From the NCBI GenBank assembly GCA_944323055.1, contig CALUQZ010000005.1:2568-66567 (forward strand): 64,000 nt of DNA, read 5' to 3'. Numbering within the stretch: the first letter of the stretch is position 1; every line of letters starts with the position of its first letter. This DNA comes from an uncultured Acholeplasmatales bacterium. Its GTDB lineage: Bacteria > Bacillota_I > Bacilli_A > Acholeplasmatales > Anaeroplasmataceae. The notes beneath the pieces are model-generated. The model did not search any database. It was not told where the DNA came from and saw nothing but the letters and a program-made list of their open reading frames with translations. The position numbers were made by a program, and so were the translations under genes. This document shows positions 29,196 through 38,815 of the stretch, in pieces.

Positions 29196-30257
29196 ATGAA
29201 AGTTGTAGGTACAATTTGTGAATATAATCCATTTCACAATGGTCATTTATATAGTTTAAAAAAAATAAAAGAGGTTGCTAAACCAGACATATTAATTGTT
29301 TGTTTATCTACATATTTTACGATGCGAGGTGACTTATCCTTACACTTGCCTAAAACTAAAACAATGTATGCCTTAAAGGAAGCTGATATAGTAGTTGCCT
29401 TACCTAGTGTACTTACTGTTAATAATGCTTCTAGATTTGCTAGTAGTGCGGTTAAAGAATTAGCTAAATTAAAAGTTAGTGAAATATATTGTGGCAGTGA
29501 GTCTAATAATATTGATTATATAAAAAATATTGAATTTAATGATTTTGCGATTAAAGATAAATTAAATAATAATATTAGTTATAAAAAAGCTACTGCATCT
29601 ATTAATGATATTGCCCCTAATGATTTATTAGCCTATGTTTATTATAAAGCTATTTGTGATAATGATTTTAATATTGATTTAAAGTTAATAAAAAGGGAGG
29701 GTGATAATCATAATAATTTAAAAGCTAATGATAATAGGTTTACTTCTAGTAAAGCTATTAGGCATGATTTAAGTTTAATGAGTAAATATTCTCCTAATTA
29801 TGTTAGCCCTGATATCTTAGAATATGAAAAGTTATTTCCTTATTTTAAATTTGTTATTAATAACTATAATGATTATAAGGATTTAGCTTTTATTAGTGAT
29901 GGAATAGAAAAACATATAATTAATAATGTAAATAAAGCAAATTCATTTAAAGAACTAGAAAAATTATGTACTAATTCTTATTTTACTACTACTAAAATTA
30001 AAAGAGCTATTTTTTATCTTTTATTTAATATAAATAAAGGAGATTTTATTTATCCTTATTCTAAAATATTAGGATTTAATCAAAAAGGAAAAGAATACTT
30101 AAATAGTATAAAAAAAGATATTAAGATTATTACAAATAATAAGCTTAATATCTGTCAAGTTTTAGATTATGAAATTAAAATAGCTAAATTATTAGATATT
30201 GTATATAATAAAAATATATTAAGTGAAGAATTAACTAAGCCTATTATTTTAGCTTAG
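29196..30257 (+). CDS. tmcAL: tRNA(Met) cytidine acetate ligase (TmcAL / YlbM, UPF0348)
   Basis: N-terminus MKVVGTICEYNPFHNGHLY (HxGH nucleotidyltransferase motif). SD GGTGA. Extended -10 TGTTATAAT at 29171-29179. Confidence 0.85.
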   Translation: MKVVGTICEYNPFHNGHLYSLKKIKEVAKPDILIVCLSTYFTMRGDLSLHLPKTKTMYALKEADIVVALPSVLTVNNASRFASSAVKELAKLKVSEIYCGSESNNIDYIKNIEFNDFAIKDKLNNNISYKKATASINDIAPNDLLAYVYYKAICDNDFNIDLKLIKREGDNHNNLKANDNRFTSSKAIRHDLSLMSKYSPNYVSPDILEYEKLFPYFKFVINNYNDYKDLAFISDGIEKHIINNVNKANSFKELEKLCTNSYFTTTKIKRAIFYLLFNINKGDFIYPYSKILGFNQKGKEYLNSIKKDIKIITNNKLNICQVLDYEIKIAKLLDIVYNKNILSEELTKPIILA

Positions 30258-30777
30258 TTTTTTTCATTACATAGTATTTTAAAATAGCTACAATCGTTTT
30301 GGCATCTAAAATAGTTCCATTATCGATCATATTAAGAGCTTCATCTAAAGTATACCAATTAGATGTTATATCTTCATCTTGATCAAAATTAGTTTTAGTT
30401 TCAATAAAATCAGTTGCTAAATATAAATAGATAATTTCATCTGAATAACCACAAGTAGGATATATTTTACCAAGTTCTTTTAAAGAGGAAGCTTTATAAG
30501 CACATTCTTCTTCTAATTCTCTTAAAGCAGTTGTATAAGGATCCTCACCTAATTCTATTTTACCAGCTGGTATTTCATAAATATCTTTATGATAAGGATA
30601 TCTAAATTGTTTAATTAATAATATTTTATCAGCTTTTACCGCTAATATTGCCGCACCGCCATTATGGTGAACATATTCTCTTTTAGTTAAATTACCATTT
30701 TGACATTTAACATCATCACAATATAATTTTATAATTTTACCATTATAAATTAGGTTTTCTTTAATTTGCTTTTCCAT
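30244..30777 (-). CDS. NUDIX hydrolase (ADP-ribose pyrophosphatase-like)
   Basis: Nudix box GKIELGEDPYTTALRELEEECAY. The 3' end converges on and overlaps tmcAL by 14 nt. Confidence 0.88.
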   Translation of the reverse strand: MEKQIKENLIYNGKIIKLYCDDVKCQNGNLTKREYVHHNGGAAILAVKADKILLIKQFRYPYHKDIYEIPAGKIELGEDPYTTALRELEEECAYKASSLKELGKIYPTCGYSDEIIYLYLATDFIETKTNFDQDEDITSNWYTLDEALNMIDNGTILDAKTIVAILKYYVMKKTKLK

Positions 30778-30783
30778 TTTTAC

Positions 30784-32247
30784 CTACCTACTAAAATCTA
30801 AAGCTGAAACATCTGGTTCCGGATCACCTATATGCATATCACGATAACCATGTCGTTTAAGTCCTATATAAAATATAACAAAAAAGATAATAGATAGCAA
30901 GAAGATTGTACCATTAGAAATTCCCATAGCTATACCAGCTACTCTAGGTCCTGATAAAGTAGGAAAAGCATAATGGAAGATTATAATAGTTAAAATTCTA
31001 ACGCCAATACGAGAGAAATTTAAAATTGAGGCTAAAAAAGTTTTTCCAAAACCATATAACAAACCAAGAACAGCTGAACAAAGGCCTAAAGCTAAGATAG
31101 ATAAAGAATCAAATTCATAAATTTCTTTTATCATATCACTATAGTAAGCGCCCATTTCATCACCACTTGAGTTGAACATACTAACTAAAACATCGATGAA
31201 AACAAACCTTGTTAAAACATAGCCAATAACTGATATTATAATAGCAATAAATGCTAAACGAACAAAGACTTTTAATGGCCTTTTTAAGTTTTTATTACCT
31301 AGGTTTTGACTGACAATTGAAGATTCGCTTTCTTCAAATGTTGTAGTCATACCTGTAACTAAACCAGAAATATTATTAGAGATACCAAGCGCACCAACAA
31401 TTAAATCAAATGTACTAACATTATAGTAATAACCACATAAAGCATTAACAGAAACTTTACCGATGTTCATAACAAACTTACCAAAGAAAATAGGAATTGA
31501 TAAAATTAAAATATCTTTCATGTATGAAGCTTTAGGTTTTAAATCACTTAACGAAACCTTTAAAATATTACTTTTCTTAAAAATTAATATTAACCCAATT
31601 ATTGATAATAAAACTTGACTGATAATTGTAGCAAGTTCTATATAAGCGATATCCTCAACTTTAAAAACATAAACAAATAGCGCTGTTAAGGCAATTTTTA
31701 AACCTAATATTAATAAATTCAAAAACAAAATTAACCGAGAATTTCCTTTAGCTTTTTCTAAACCAATAAAAATAGAATTTATAGAAACAAATACTAATTC
31801 AAATAGTTGCAATCTAAAATAAGTACTGCCAATACTTATTGCGGTTTCACTAATTTGACATAATCTCATAAGAGGTACAGCAAGAGGTAAAAATATTAAT
31901 ATAATTGAAGCACTTAAAATAAGTGATAAAAGTAAAATATTTCCACTAATATGTCTCGCTTCTTTTAAATTGCCTGCTCCATAAAATCTAGCTACTAGAA
32001 CAGCCCCTCCGGAAGCAAGACCAGCTCCAAATGCACTTAAACAATTCTTTAATTGCGCAATTGACCCTACAGCATTACTAGCAGCCGGGGAAATATTTGC
32101 TGTTATTATTTGATCAACAACAGTCGACAAAGAGTTAATAAATTGATATAACGCTATCGGAAAACAGATTATTAAAATAGTTTTCCAAATGTTACCTGAC
32201 AATATTAATTTCCGTCTTTCTATTTGTTTGTTTAATTTACTATCCAT
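30784..32247 (-). CDS. MATE family efflux transporter
   Basis: 487 aa, about 12 TM helices, N-terminal NIWKTILIICFPIALYQFINSL typical of MATE. Confidence 0.85.
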   Translation of the reverse strand: MDSKLNKQIERRKLILSGNIWKTILIICFPIALYQFINSLSTVVDQIITANISPAASNAVGSIAQLKNCLSAFGAGLASGGAVLVARFYGAGNLKEARHISGNILLLSLILSASIILIFLPLAVPLMRLCQISETAISIGSTYFRLQLFELVFVSINSIFIGLEKAKGNSRLILFLNLLILGLKIALTALFVYVFKVEDIAYIELATIISQVLLSIIGLILIFKKSNILKVSLSDLKPKASYMKDILILSIPIFFGKFVMNIGKVSVNALCGYYYNVSTFDLIVGALGISNNISGLVTGMTTTFEESESSIVSQNLGNKNLKRPLKVFVRLAFIAIIISVIGYVLTRFVFIDVLVSMFNSSGDEMGAYYSDMIKEIYEFDSLSILALGLCSAVLGLLYGFGKTFLASILNFSRIGVRILTIIIFHYAFPTLSGPRVAGIAMGISNGTIFLLSIIFFVIFYIGLKRHGYRDMHIGDPEPDVSALDFSR

Positions 32248-32415
32248 ATTATTTCACCGGCTATTATTATAGACTTATTTTTTTTAATTAAAAGGAAAAA
32301 TTTGCACAAAAATATAAAATGAAATAATAAATATTTTTTTCTCTTATTAATTAAGCTTAATACCTAGCTTAAAACACTTTTTTTCAAATATTGTTAACTT
32401 TGTAAAAAAGTATAA

Positions 32416-32896
32416 CTAAAATCTAGAATTGAAATCATTTATTCCATTTTTAAGGTCTTTTTCTTTAACGTTTAATGCTTCTAGAACACTTTTTTGCTTC
32501 GATGTTAGGGCATATTTAGAGACGTAGATATTTTTAGCGTTTTTACTTATTTCTATCTCTTGTAATATTCTTAATGACTTATTTACAGTATAATTTTTTC
32601 TATCAGACTTAATTAATTCTGCTAATCTATTATGTATTTCATTTCTAATAATAGTTGCGATAAACATTATAAAAGTTTTACTTAGAACTGAACTATCACT
32701 ATGAACCCTAAAGGTATCATAGTTTAGTTCAGTTTTTAACATTCTAAACATTTTTTCTATTCCGTCTATCTTTCTATAAAGAGTTAACGCAGTTGATGCT
32801 GTCATTTCTTCAGAACTTATTATACGAAAAGCCTAGGTTCTCTGTCACACTATCTATGTAATCTGCCTTTATTTCATATGATAACAATTCATTTTT
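32416..32896 (-). pseudogene. Remnant of an IS4/IS1634-like DDE transposase (C-terminal about 160 aa only, frameshifted)
   Basis: The 129-aa ORF carries the C-terminal Y-R..IE..FR.LK signature (LYRKIDGIEKMFRMLK). The upstream piece ...YEIKADYIDSVTENLGF is in another frame and ends in a stop. No N-terminal or catalytic D-D region is present. Confidence 0.65.
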
Positions 32897-33139
32897 TCAT
32901 CAAAATTTAATGTAAAATATTTATTATCCAAAACCTCACCAAAAAATAACATATATTTCACTTTAAAAAATAACAGAGCTTATGATATTCTAAAAATTCT
33001 ATCATAATCTTATTACATCTTAAATTATACATATAGCCATCCTTTTTGAATGTAACTTTATATAACTAGAAATTAATAAATTATCATTAAAATAAATAAA
33101 GATATGTCATCAAATATCACTTTTACCTCGTTAATTATG

Positions 33140-34867
33140 TTAATTTTTATATTCATCTATGAACTTGCTTAAATAATCTCTTAAATTATTATTATAAACA
33201 TATACATAACAACCTTTAATTCCTCTAGTCATAATTACTTTATAAGAATTAATTATATATTCTTTTAAAGTTTTATCGTCAATACCAGATGCTACTTTTG
33301 TATCATAAAAATTATTTCTATTAATAATAATTCTATCATTTTTAATATCATAATCTATTTCTTTACCAAAAATAACGCCTATATAATTAAGATCATATCC
33401 TTGTAAAGTATGTATACAACCAATTTCATTTATGGCATTTTTTGAAATGATAAATTCTTTATTTGTCATATTCCATATATATTTATGGTCACAAATATCT
33501 ATGTCATATAATTTTTTACTAACTGCTTCAGCATAAGATTTACAATTTTTTGATATCCACTTCCATGAATAACCGGCTGCCACACGACATAACCCATAAA
33601 CTTTGTCTAATTCTTTAATTCTATTAATCATTTGTTCAACATCTGCAAATAATTTGAAATCATAGTCAATTACAGTTTGTTTTTGTTCAACTTGACAATT
33701 TAAGATGTCTTCAACATAACTTATATAAGTACTACCACCTTCACAACGCATTTGGGTAGTTAAATAATAAGTATATGTGTTATTTATAAATGGATTTATT
33801 GCCATATTAAATTGTTCATCTGTCAAATCAGAACCTTTAACTGTTTGTTTATTATCATAAACTAGTATTTGATATTTAGATGACTTTATAATAAAGTCTA
33901 GTTGTGTTGCAGTCATTGGATCTAAATCTAACTTTTTACATATGTCATCAAAAGAACCATATGCAGTTAAATTTTTTCTACGTAATAAACGATGAGCTTC
34001 ATCGACAATTAAGACATCATAAGTATCTTTTACAACGTCTTGAGGTCCTATAACCATACTAGCGGATAAGCCATTACCTATAGTATGAAAAACTTTTTTC
34101 ATCGTTTGTCTTAAAGATGTCATAGGAACAACAAAGCCTATTTTAATTTTTTTATTTGTTTTGACATATTGTCTTATATCATGAATAATTTTTAGAGCAT
34201 TTGTTAAATCATCTTCATTATCACTATCATCATAATACGTATTTTGAGCAGAAATTATTTTAAAAAGAATATTAATCAAAAGTATTGTTTTACCAGTACC
34301 TACACTACCTTTAATTATAGATAAACCTTGTTTTTTATTCTCTAAACTAAGTAACATGTTAGTAATTATTGAAAAGGCAACCTCACTTTGTTCAGATGTG
34401 AGTGTGTTATATGGTGAATATTTAAATATATCAGAATTCTTGATGTCTTCATAAGATTTATTTGCTAAACCTTTATTTTGTAATTCTTGCCAAATAAAAC
34501 TTATTTTATTAATATAACGTGCTCTTTCATAATAATTATGCTTTTCTGATTGACCACCATTTAAATTTTGTAATTTAAATTTTCCATCTGCACTTGCTAG
34601 TTGAATTAAAGACTGTTCAATATCTAAAATAGCAGATTTATTAAATTCTGAATCAAAAATTATTTCTATCTTTTTTAAATTTTTTCTAGCCTTATTTTTT
34701 AAATGTTGTTCCATTCTATAATAGGCTGAGCTTGTTTCACCTATATACATATCAGTATTATTATGAATTAGATAAACTACAGGCCAATTTTTACCTTTAT
34801 CTGATAAACTTAACTCATTTTTTCCAGAATCCGAAAAATCATATTGCTTAATTAGAAAATTTGCCAT
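33140..34867 (-). CDS. GIY-YIG nuclease domain fused to a DUF2075/Schlafen-group-3-type P-loop helicase-like ATPase
   Basis: N-terminus VVYLIHNNTDMYIGET...YYRMEQH...DIEQS (GIY-YIG/R/E pattern). Walker A GSVGTGKT, DEAH-like IVDEAHRL, QMRCEGG, HTLQGYD and IMTRGIKG motifs. Confidence 0.8.
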   Translation of the reverse strand: MANFLIKQYDFSDSGKNELSLSDKGKNWPVVYLIHNNTDMYIGETSSAYYRMEQHLKNKARKNLKKIEIIFDSEFNKSAILDIEQSLIQLASADGKFKLQNLNGGQSEKHNYYERARYINKISFIWQELQNKGLANKSYEDIKNSDIFKYSPYNTLTSEQSEVAFSIITNMLLSLENKKQGLSIIKGSVGTGKTILLINILFKIISAQNTYYDDSDNEDDLTNALKIIHDIRQYVKTNKKIKIGFVVPMTSLRQTMKKVFHTIGNGLSASMVIGPQDVVKDTYDVLIVDEAHRLLRRKNLTAYGSFDDICKKLDLDPMTATQLDFIIKSSKYQILVYDNKQTVKGSDLTDEQFNMAINPFINNTYTYYLTTQMRCEGGSTYISYVEDILNCQVEQKQTVIDYDFKLFADVEQMINRIKELDKVYGLCRVAAGYSWKWISKNCKSYAEAVSKKLYDIDICDHKYIWNMTNKEFIISKNAINEIGCIHTLQGYDLNYIGVIFGKEIDYDIKNDRIIINRNNFYDTKVASGIDDKTLKEYIINSYKVIMTRGIKGCYVYVYNNNLRDYLSKFIDEYKN

Positions 34868-34888
34868 GTAATCACCACCAATTTAAGA

Positions 34889-36756
34889 TTATTTTATTAA
34901 ACTTTTTAAATATTCATTTAAAGCTTTATCTTCGCAGTAGATATAAGTGCCATATATAGCCCTTGTAAGTAAGACCTTATAGGCATTCCTTATTAGTTTA
35001 TTAGCTAACGCTAAAGATGTCGTCTTACTCCATATGCCACTATTTTTATCATCTTTTAAATGAGATGCTCTATAAGGTATAACTTTACCATTAATATAAC
35101 GTAAATCTTTACCAATTATAACTCCAGCATAATCCATATCTACACCTTGAATAGTGTAAATGGAACCAATTCTATCATTTTCATCTTCATTTAAAATATA
35201 AGGGATTTTCCCACCCATATTCCAACGCATTTTGAATTTATCTTCATCTAAATTAAAATCGTATAATTCTGGATCTTTTTTAGAATTCCAATCATAAGCA
35301 TACCCAGCTAATAATCTTGCAGTTTTATAATTATATTGTTTTTGTTTAATAGCTTTATATAAGTCTGTTGGTGTATCAAAAACTTTAAAATCATAATTTT
35401 TAGGTCTATATTTTTTAACAACACCATTATAACCTAAAACAGAATTAATAAATGAAATATAATCATCGCCACCTAAACATCTAAATTGAGTTGTTAAAGA
35501 TAATTTTCCCCTTCAATAACATCTGAATTGTATTTTTTTGCATACTCGTTAATCTTGTTAATTGTCAATACATCTGAATTAGTTACAACTTGATCTTCAT
35601 CAATAAACCAAACATTTACCCTAGATGCATAAAAAATTTTATCAATTAAATCAACTTCTTTTTTTACACCCATTCCAAATTTCCAAGTGAAGCATCTATG
35701 AGCTTCATCAACTATAATACAATCATAATCAAATTTGCTAGATCTAGCAAAGGTTGCTTCCGCTTTAAATAAATTATCAATAGCAGCTTTTTTTAAATCA
35801 TTTTGTTTTAAATATGCTGCAAATACTGTTTTTAGCGTAAAATTAGGTGTACAATAACACACATTTTTAGGAATACTATTATCACTTGGATGTATTAACT
35901 GCCCCATTGCATTTATCGCTACTACAGATTTACCACATCCAGGACCACCTTTTATAATAATAGTTTTTCTCTTTTGTTGAATTAAAGATTTATTAGTCTC
36001 ATAAATAATAGTTGCTACAGATTCTGCTTGTCCATCATCTAAACTAAAAATTTGATTACCATTAATAGCACCATAAAGCATTTTAGAAAAATCTTTAGAT
36101 GGTCTTATATGCGCATTATCAATGTCATATAGTAAAATTCTTGATGTTTTAGTAACATACTTTTTAACAAGTTCTCTTAATTTATAGGCATCATCTTTAA
36201 GATAGCATGGACTTTCATCTAGAAAACGATACTTAGTTATATCATTAATGTATTTATTATAAATATTATCCATATTGTGGCAATATGAACAACTATTTAT
36301 ATTAACATCATTATTTTGTACATACTCATTAAAAGCACCTAAAATATAGGCATATCTTAAGGCTTGATATGAGGGATGCGGATAATCACTAGGAATACCT
36401 CCACCACCAATAGCATAAATATAATTAGGCTTATTAGAAGCATTAATTTTTGACCATTGTTTTAATTCAACTATGACAATAGAATCTTCATTTAAATCAT
36501 TTTTACCATACATTAAAAAATCAATACGTGTTTTATTAAGTTGTGATTTATATTCAATAGCTACATTCATCTCTTTATTTAAACTATTATCATCTAAAGC
36601 TCTAGCAACAAATGGTAAGGATTCAAGCCAAGACCTTTCTTCATTATGACTAAAAGGAATCATAGCCTTATGCATCTCACAAGCTACTTGATCAGCTATA
36701 ATACCATTATTACATTGAATTATAAAATTTCGCAAACTATTTTCATAAACAATCAT
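34889..36756 (-). pseudogene. PD-(D/E)xK nuclease-like N-terminus plus DUF2075-type P-loop ATPase, split by a 1-nt frameshift
   Basis: The 420-aa N-part has RIDFL...VELKQW, GGPGCGKS and IIVDEAHR, and stops at 35494. The C-part frame opens at 35512 and reads ...LTTQFRCLGGDDY...IYTIQGVDMDY...VLLTRA. Adding one A to the G4A4 run (35504-35511) fuses the two into about 622 aa. Confidence 0.8.
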
Positions 36757-36769
36757 TTATATTACCTGA

Positions 36770-37129
36770 TTAATCAAATTCATTATATTTTTTATTTGAG
36801 CCTTTAGCCTTATTGATAGGATATTTAAGTTCATTTTTAGCCATTTTTTTATAAACTACATCACTTAAATCTATTTTGTTAAGTTCAGCAAATCTAAGAG
36901 TAAAAAGCAAAATATCAGCTATTTCTTCTTCAATTTTGTCTTTATTATTATTTATAAAATTGATAGATTCTTCAGTATTTTTAAATCTAAATAGTTCTAA
37001 TAATTCATTAGCCTCTGTTGAAATTCCAATAGCCAAGTCTTTAGGATTATGAAATTTAGTCCAATCTCTTTCATTACAAAAATCACTATATTTAGCCATT
37101 AATTCATAAATTGTAGTTTTATTATCCAT
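36770..37129 (-). CDS. MazG-like nucleoside triphosphate pyrophosphohydrolase (small all-alpha, DCTPP1/YpjD-like)
   Basis: 119 aa with E-x2-E...E-x2-D metal motif (STEANELLELF ... EEEIADILLF). SD AAAGGAG. Lies 13 nt upstream of the next gene. Confidence 0.8.
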   Translation of the reverse strand: MDNKTTIYELMAKYSDFCNERDWTKFHNPKDLAIGISTEANELLELFRFKNTEESINFINNNKDKIEEEIADILLFTLRFAELNKIDLSDVVYKKMAKNELKYPINKAKGSNKKYNEFD

Positions 37130-37379
37130 TATTTAAACTCCTTTTTTACATTATATTAAAGTATTAAATTATCGCTTTATAACTATAAAATTTACAAGAA
37201 AAAGTAAACATAATCTTCTAAAATACAGTCTCTTTAAATTATTATAATATCATAAAATCGGTATAATATTGGTTCTAAACATTGTTCAAGTTCAATAATT
37301 ATTAAGCATTAGTATTATTAACTTAACTATTTATAAAATCAATTTTTTTAGTTGATAAAGATAAGAAAAACAAAAGGAC

Positions 37380-37490
37380 TTAGTTTTGCCTCAGAATAAC
37401 TTCTATTAATTTATTTTTATATTTATCTATCATTATATTTTGTTTTATATTATTATAAGAAATACCTAAAGTTTTTGAATAAAACCTCAT
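37380..37490 (-). CDS. Candidate 36-aa small ORF (MRFYSKTLGISYNNIKQNIMIDKYKNKLIEVILRQN)
   Basis: Strong SD GAGGAG 6 nt before the ATG. I recognise no homology. It could be a relic. Confidence 0.25.
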   Translation of the reverse strand: MRFYSKTLGISYNNIKQNIMIDKYKNKLIEVILRQN

Positions 37491-37645
37491 AAACAACTCC
37501 TCAAATCTAACTTATATTGATTTTTTTCAACCATACACGTTTATTCTATCATATTTAATAAGATAATTGTAGTTTATTTTATAAAAGAATACGTAGTTAA
37601 CTCAATATTTTATTAATTTAATAAACATTTTATCAAATAATAAAT

Positions 37646-37668
37646 AAAAAGATGCCATAAGACATCTT
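37646..37668 (-). terminator. Terminator after the reductase gene
   Basis: Minus strand AAGATG-TCTTATGG-CATCTT followed by TTTTT. Overlaps the stop codon. Confidence 0.5.
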
Positions 37669-38815
37669 AATATTCATAAACCTCAATTTCCATGTCTGAT
37701 CTTGGGTAAATCGAACATGGATGAATGAAATTTAACTTTTTATCTACTTCTTTTAATTTAAAGAATTTAGTAGCTTCATAGCTTCCTTTAATTAACTTAG
37801 TACGACAAAAACCACAACCACCTAAATGACATTTAGTCCTAATAGAAATATTATTATGTTCTAATGCTTGTAGTAAAGTTTCATTTGAACTAGCTTTTAT
37901 AGTTTTAACTTCATCGTTAATATGAACTATTACATCATATTTTTTATCTTCACCATTTAAATAAATAGGACTTTGTTCAATTCTTATATCTTTTTGTTTT
38001 AAATTAAGACTTGGTAGTTCTTTTTGCATGTAATCTAATAAGCCTCTAGGTCCTGCCACAAAAATACTATAATCATCTTTACCATATTTTTTAATGAGAT
38101 CAGTTGTAATAAGACCATACGGATAATTATCTACTTCTTCATTTCTAAATACATAAATAATATTTACTTTATCTGTCTTATTTAAATAATCTATATCATC
38201 TTTTAAAATAATATCTTTTTTATTATCTACACCATATAAAATAGTTAAATTAAAATCTTCTACATGGTCATTTATAGCTTTAGCCATAGAGATAAACGGA
38301 GTTATTCCAACACCACCAGCAACGCATACTACGTTTTTATGGTCTCTAATCTTATTATAAGTTAAAAAGCCACCCGGTTCACTAGCATATAGTTTATCCC
38401 CAACTTTAACTTTATCTAGTAAATAATTAGACATTAAACCGCCTTTAACGCGTTTAACAGTTATGCGGTAAAAACCCTTATATGCATCTAGCGGAGAACT
38501 AGATATAGAATAAGCACGTGACACTAATTCATTATTTATATTAACATAAATAGATATATAGCTACCAGCTTTAAAAGGAGCTAATTTTGCTTTACTAGTT
38601 AATATAAATGATTTAACGTCTTCATTTTCTACAATTATGTCATCTACTTCTAATTCTTGTTTATAAGGATGATAAAAGTTAGCTAAATCATTAACTACAT
38701 AATTGTTTTCTATATTAGTTGAAGGACTATTTTCTATTAAGTTTTCTCTATTTTTCTTTAAATTTTTAAATTTAAGCATATCAAGAAAACCAAATATACT
38801 AATTTTAACTTTCAT
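37667..38815 (-). CDS. FNR-like flavin reductase with C-terminal plant-type 2Fe-2S ferredoxin domain
   Basis: 382 aa. FAD motif RAYSISS, NAD(P) motif VCVAGGVGITPF and C-terminal CHLGGCGFCRTKL...HPC cluster. Confidence 0.8.
   Translation of the reverse strand: MKVKISIFGFLDMLKFKNLKKNRENLIENSPSTNIENNYVVNDLANFYHPYKQELEVDDIIVENEDVKSFILTSKAKLAPFKAGSYISIYVNINNELVSRAYSISSSPLDAYKGFYRITVKRVKGGLMSNYLLDKVKVGDKLYASEPGGFLTYNKIRDHKNVVCVAGGVGITPFISMAKAINDHVEDFNLTILYGVDNKKDIILKDDIDYLNKTDKVNIIYVFRNEEVDNYPYGLITTDLIKKYGKDDYSIFVAGPRGLLDYMQKELPSLNLKQKDIRIEQSPIYLNGEDKKYDVIVHINDEVKTIKASSNETLLQALEHNNISIRTKCHLGGCGFCRTKLIKGSYEATKFFKLKEVDKKLNFIHPCSIYPRSDMEIEVYEY

Noticed and set aside
32806-33139. Possible ncRNA or additional gene between the IS remnant and the GIY-YIG/DUF2075 gene
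   Set aside because: I found only short broken frames continuing the transposase relic and AT-rich sequence. No convincing hairpin, promoter-terminator pair or repeat structure was present.
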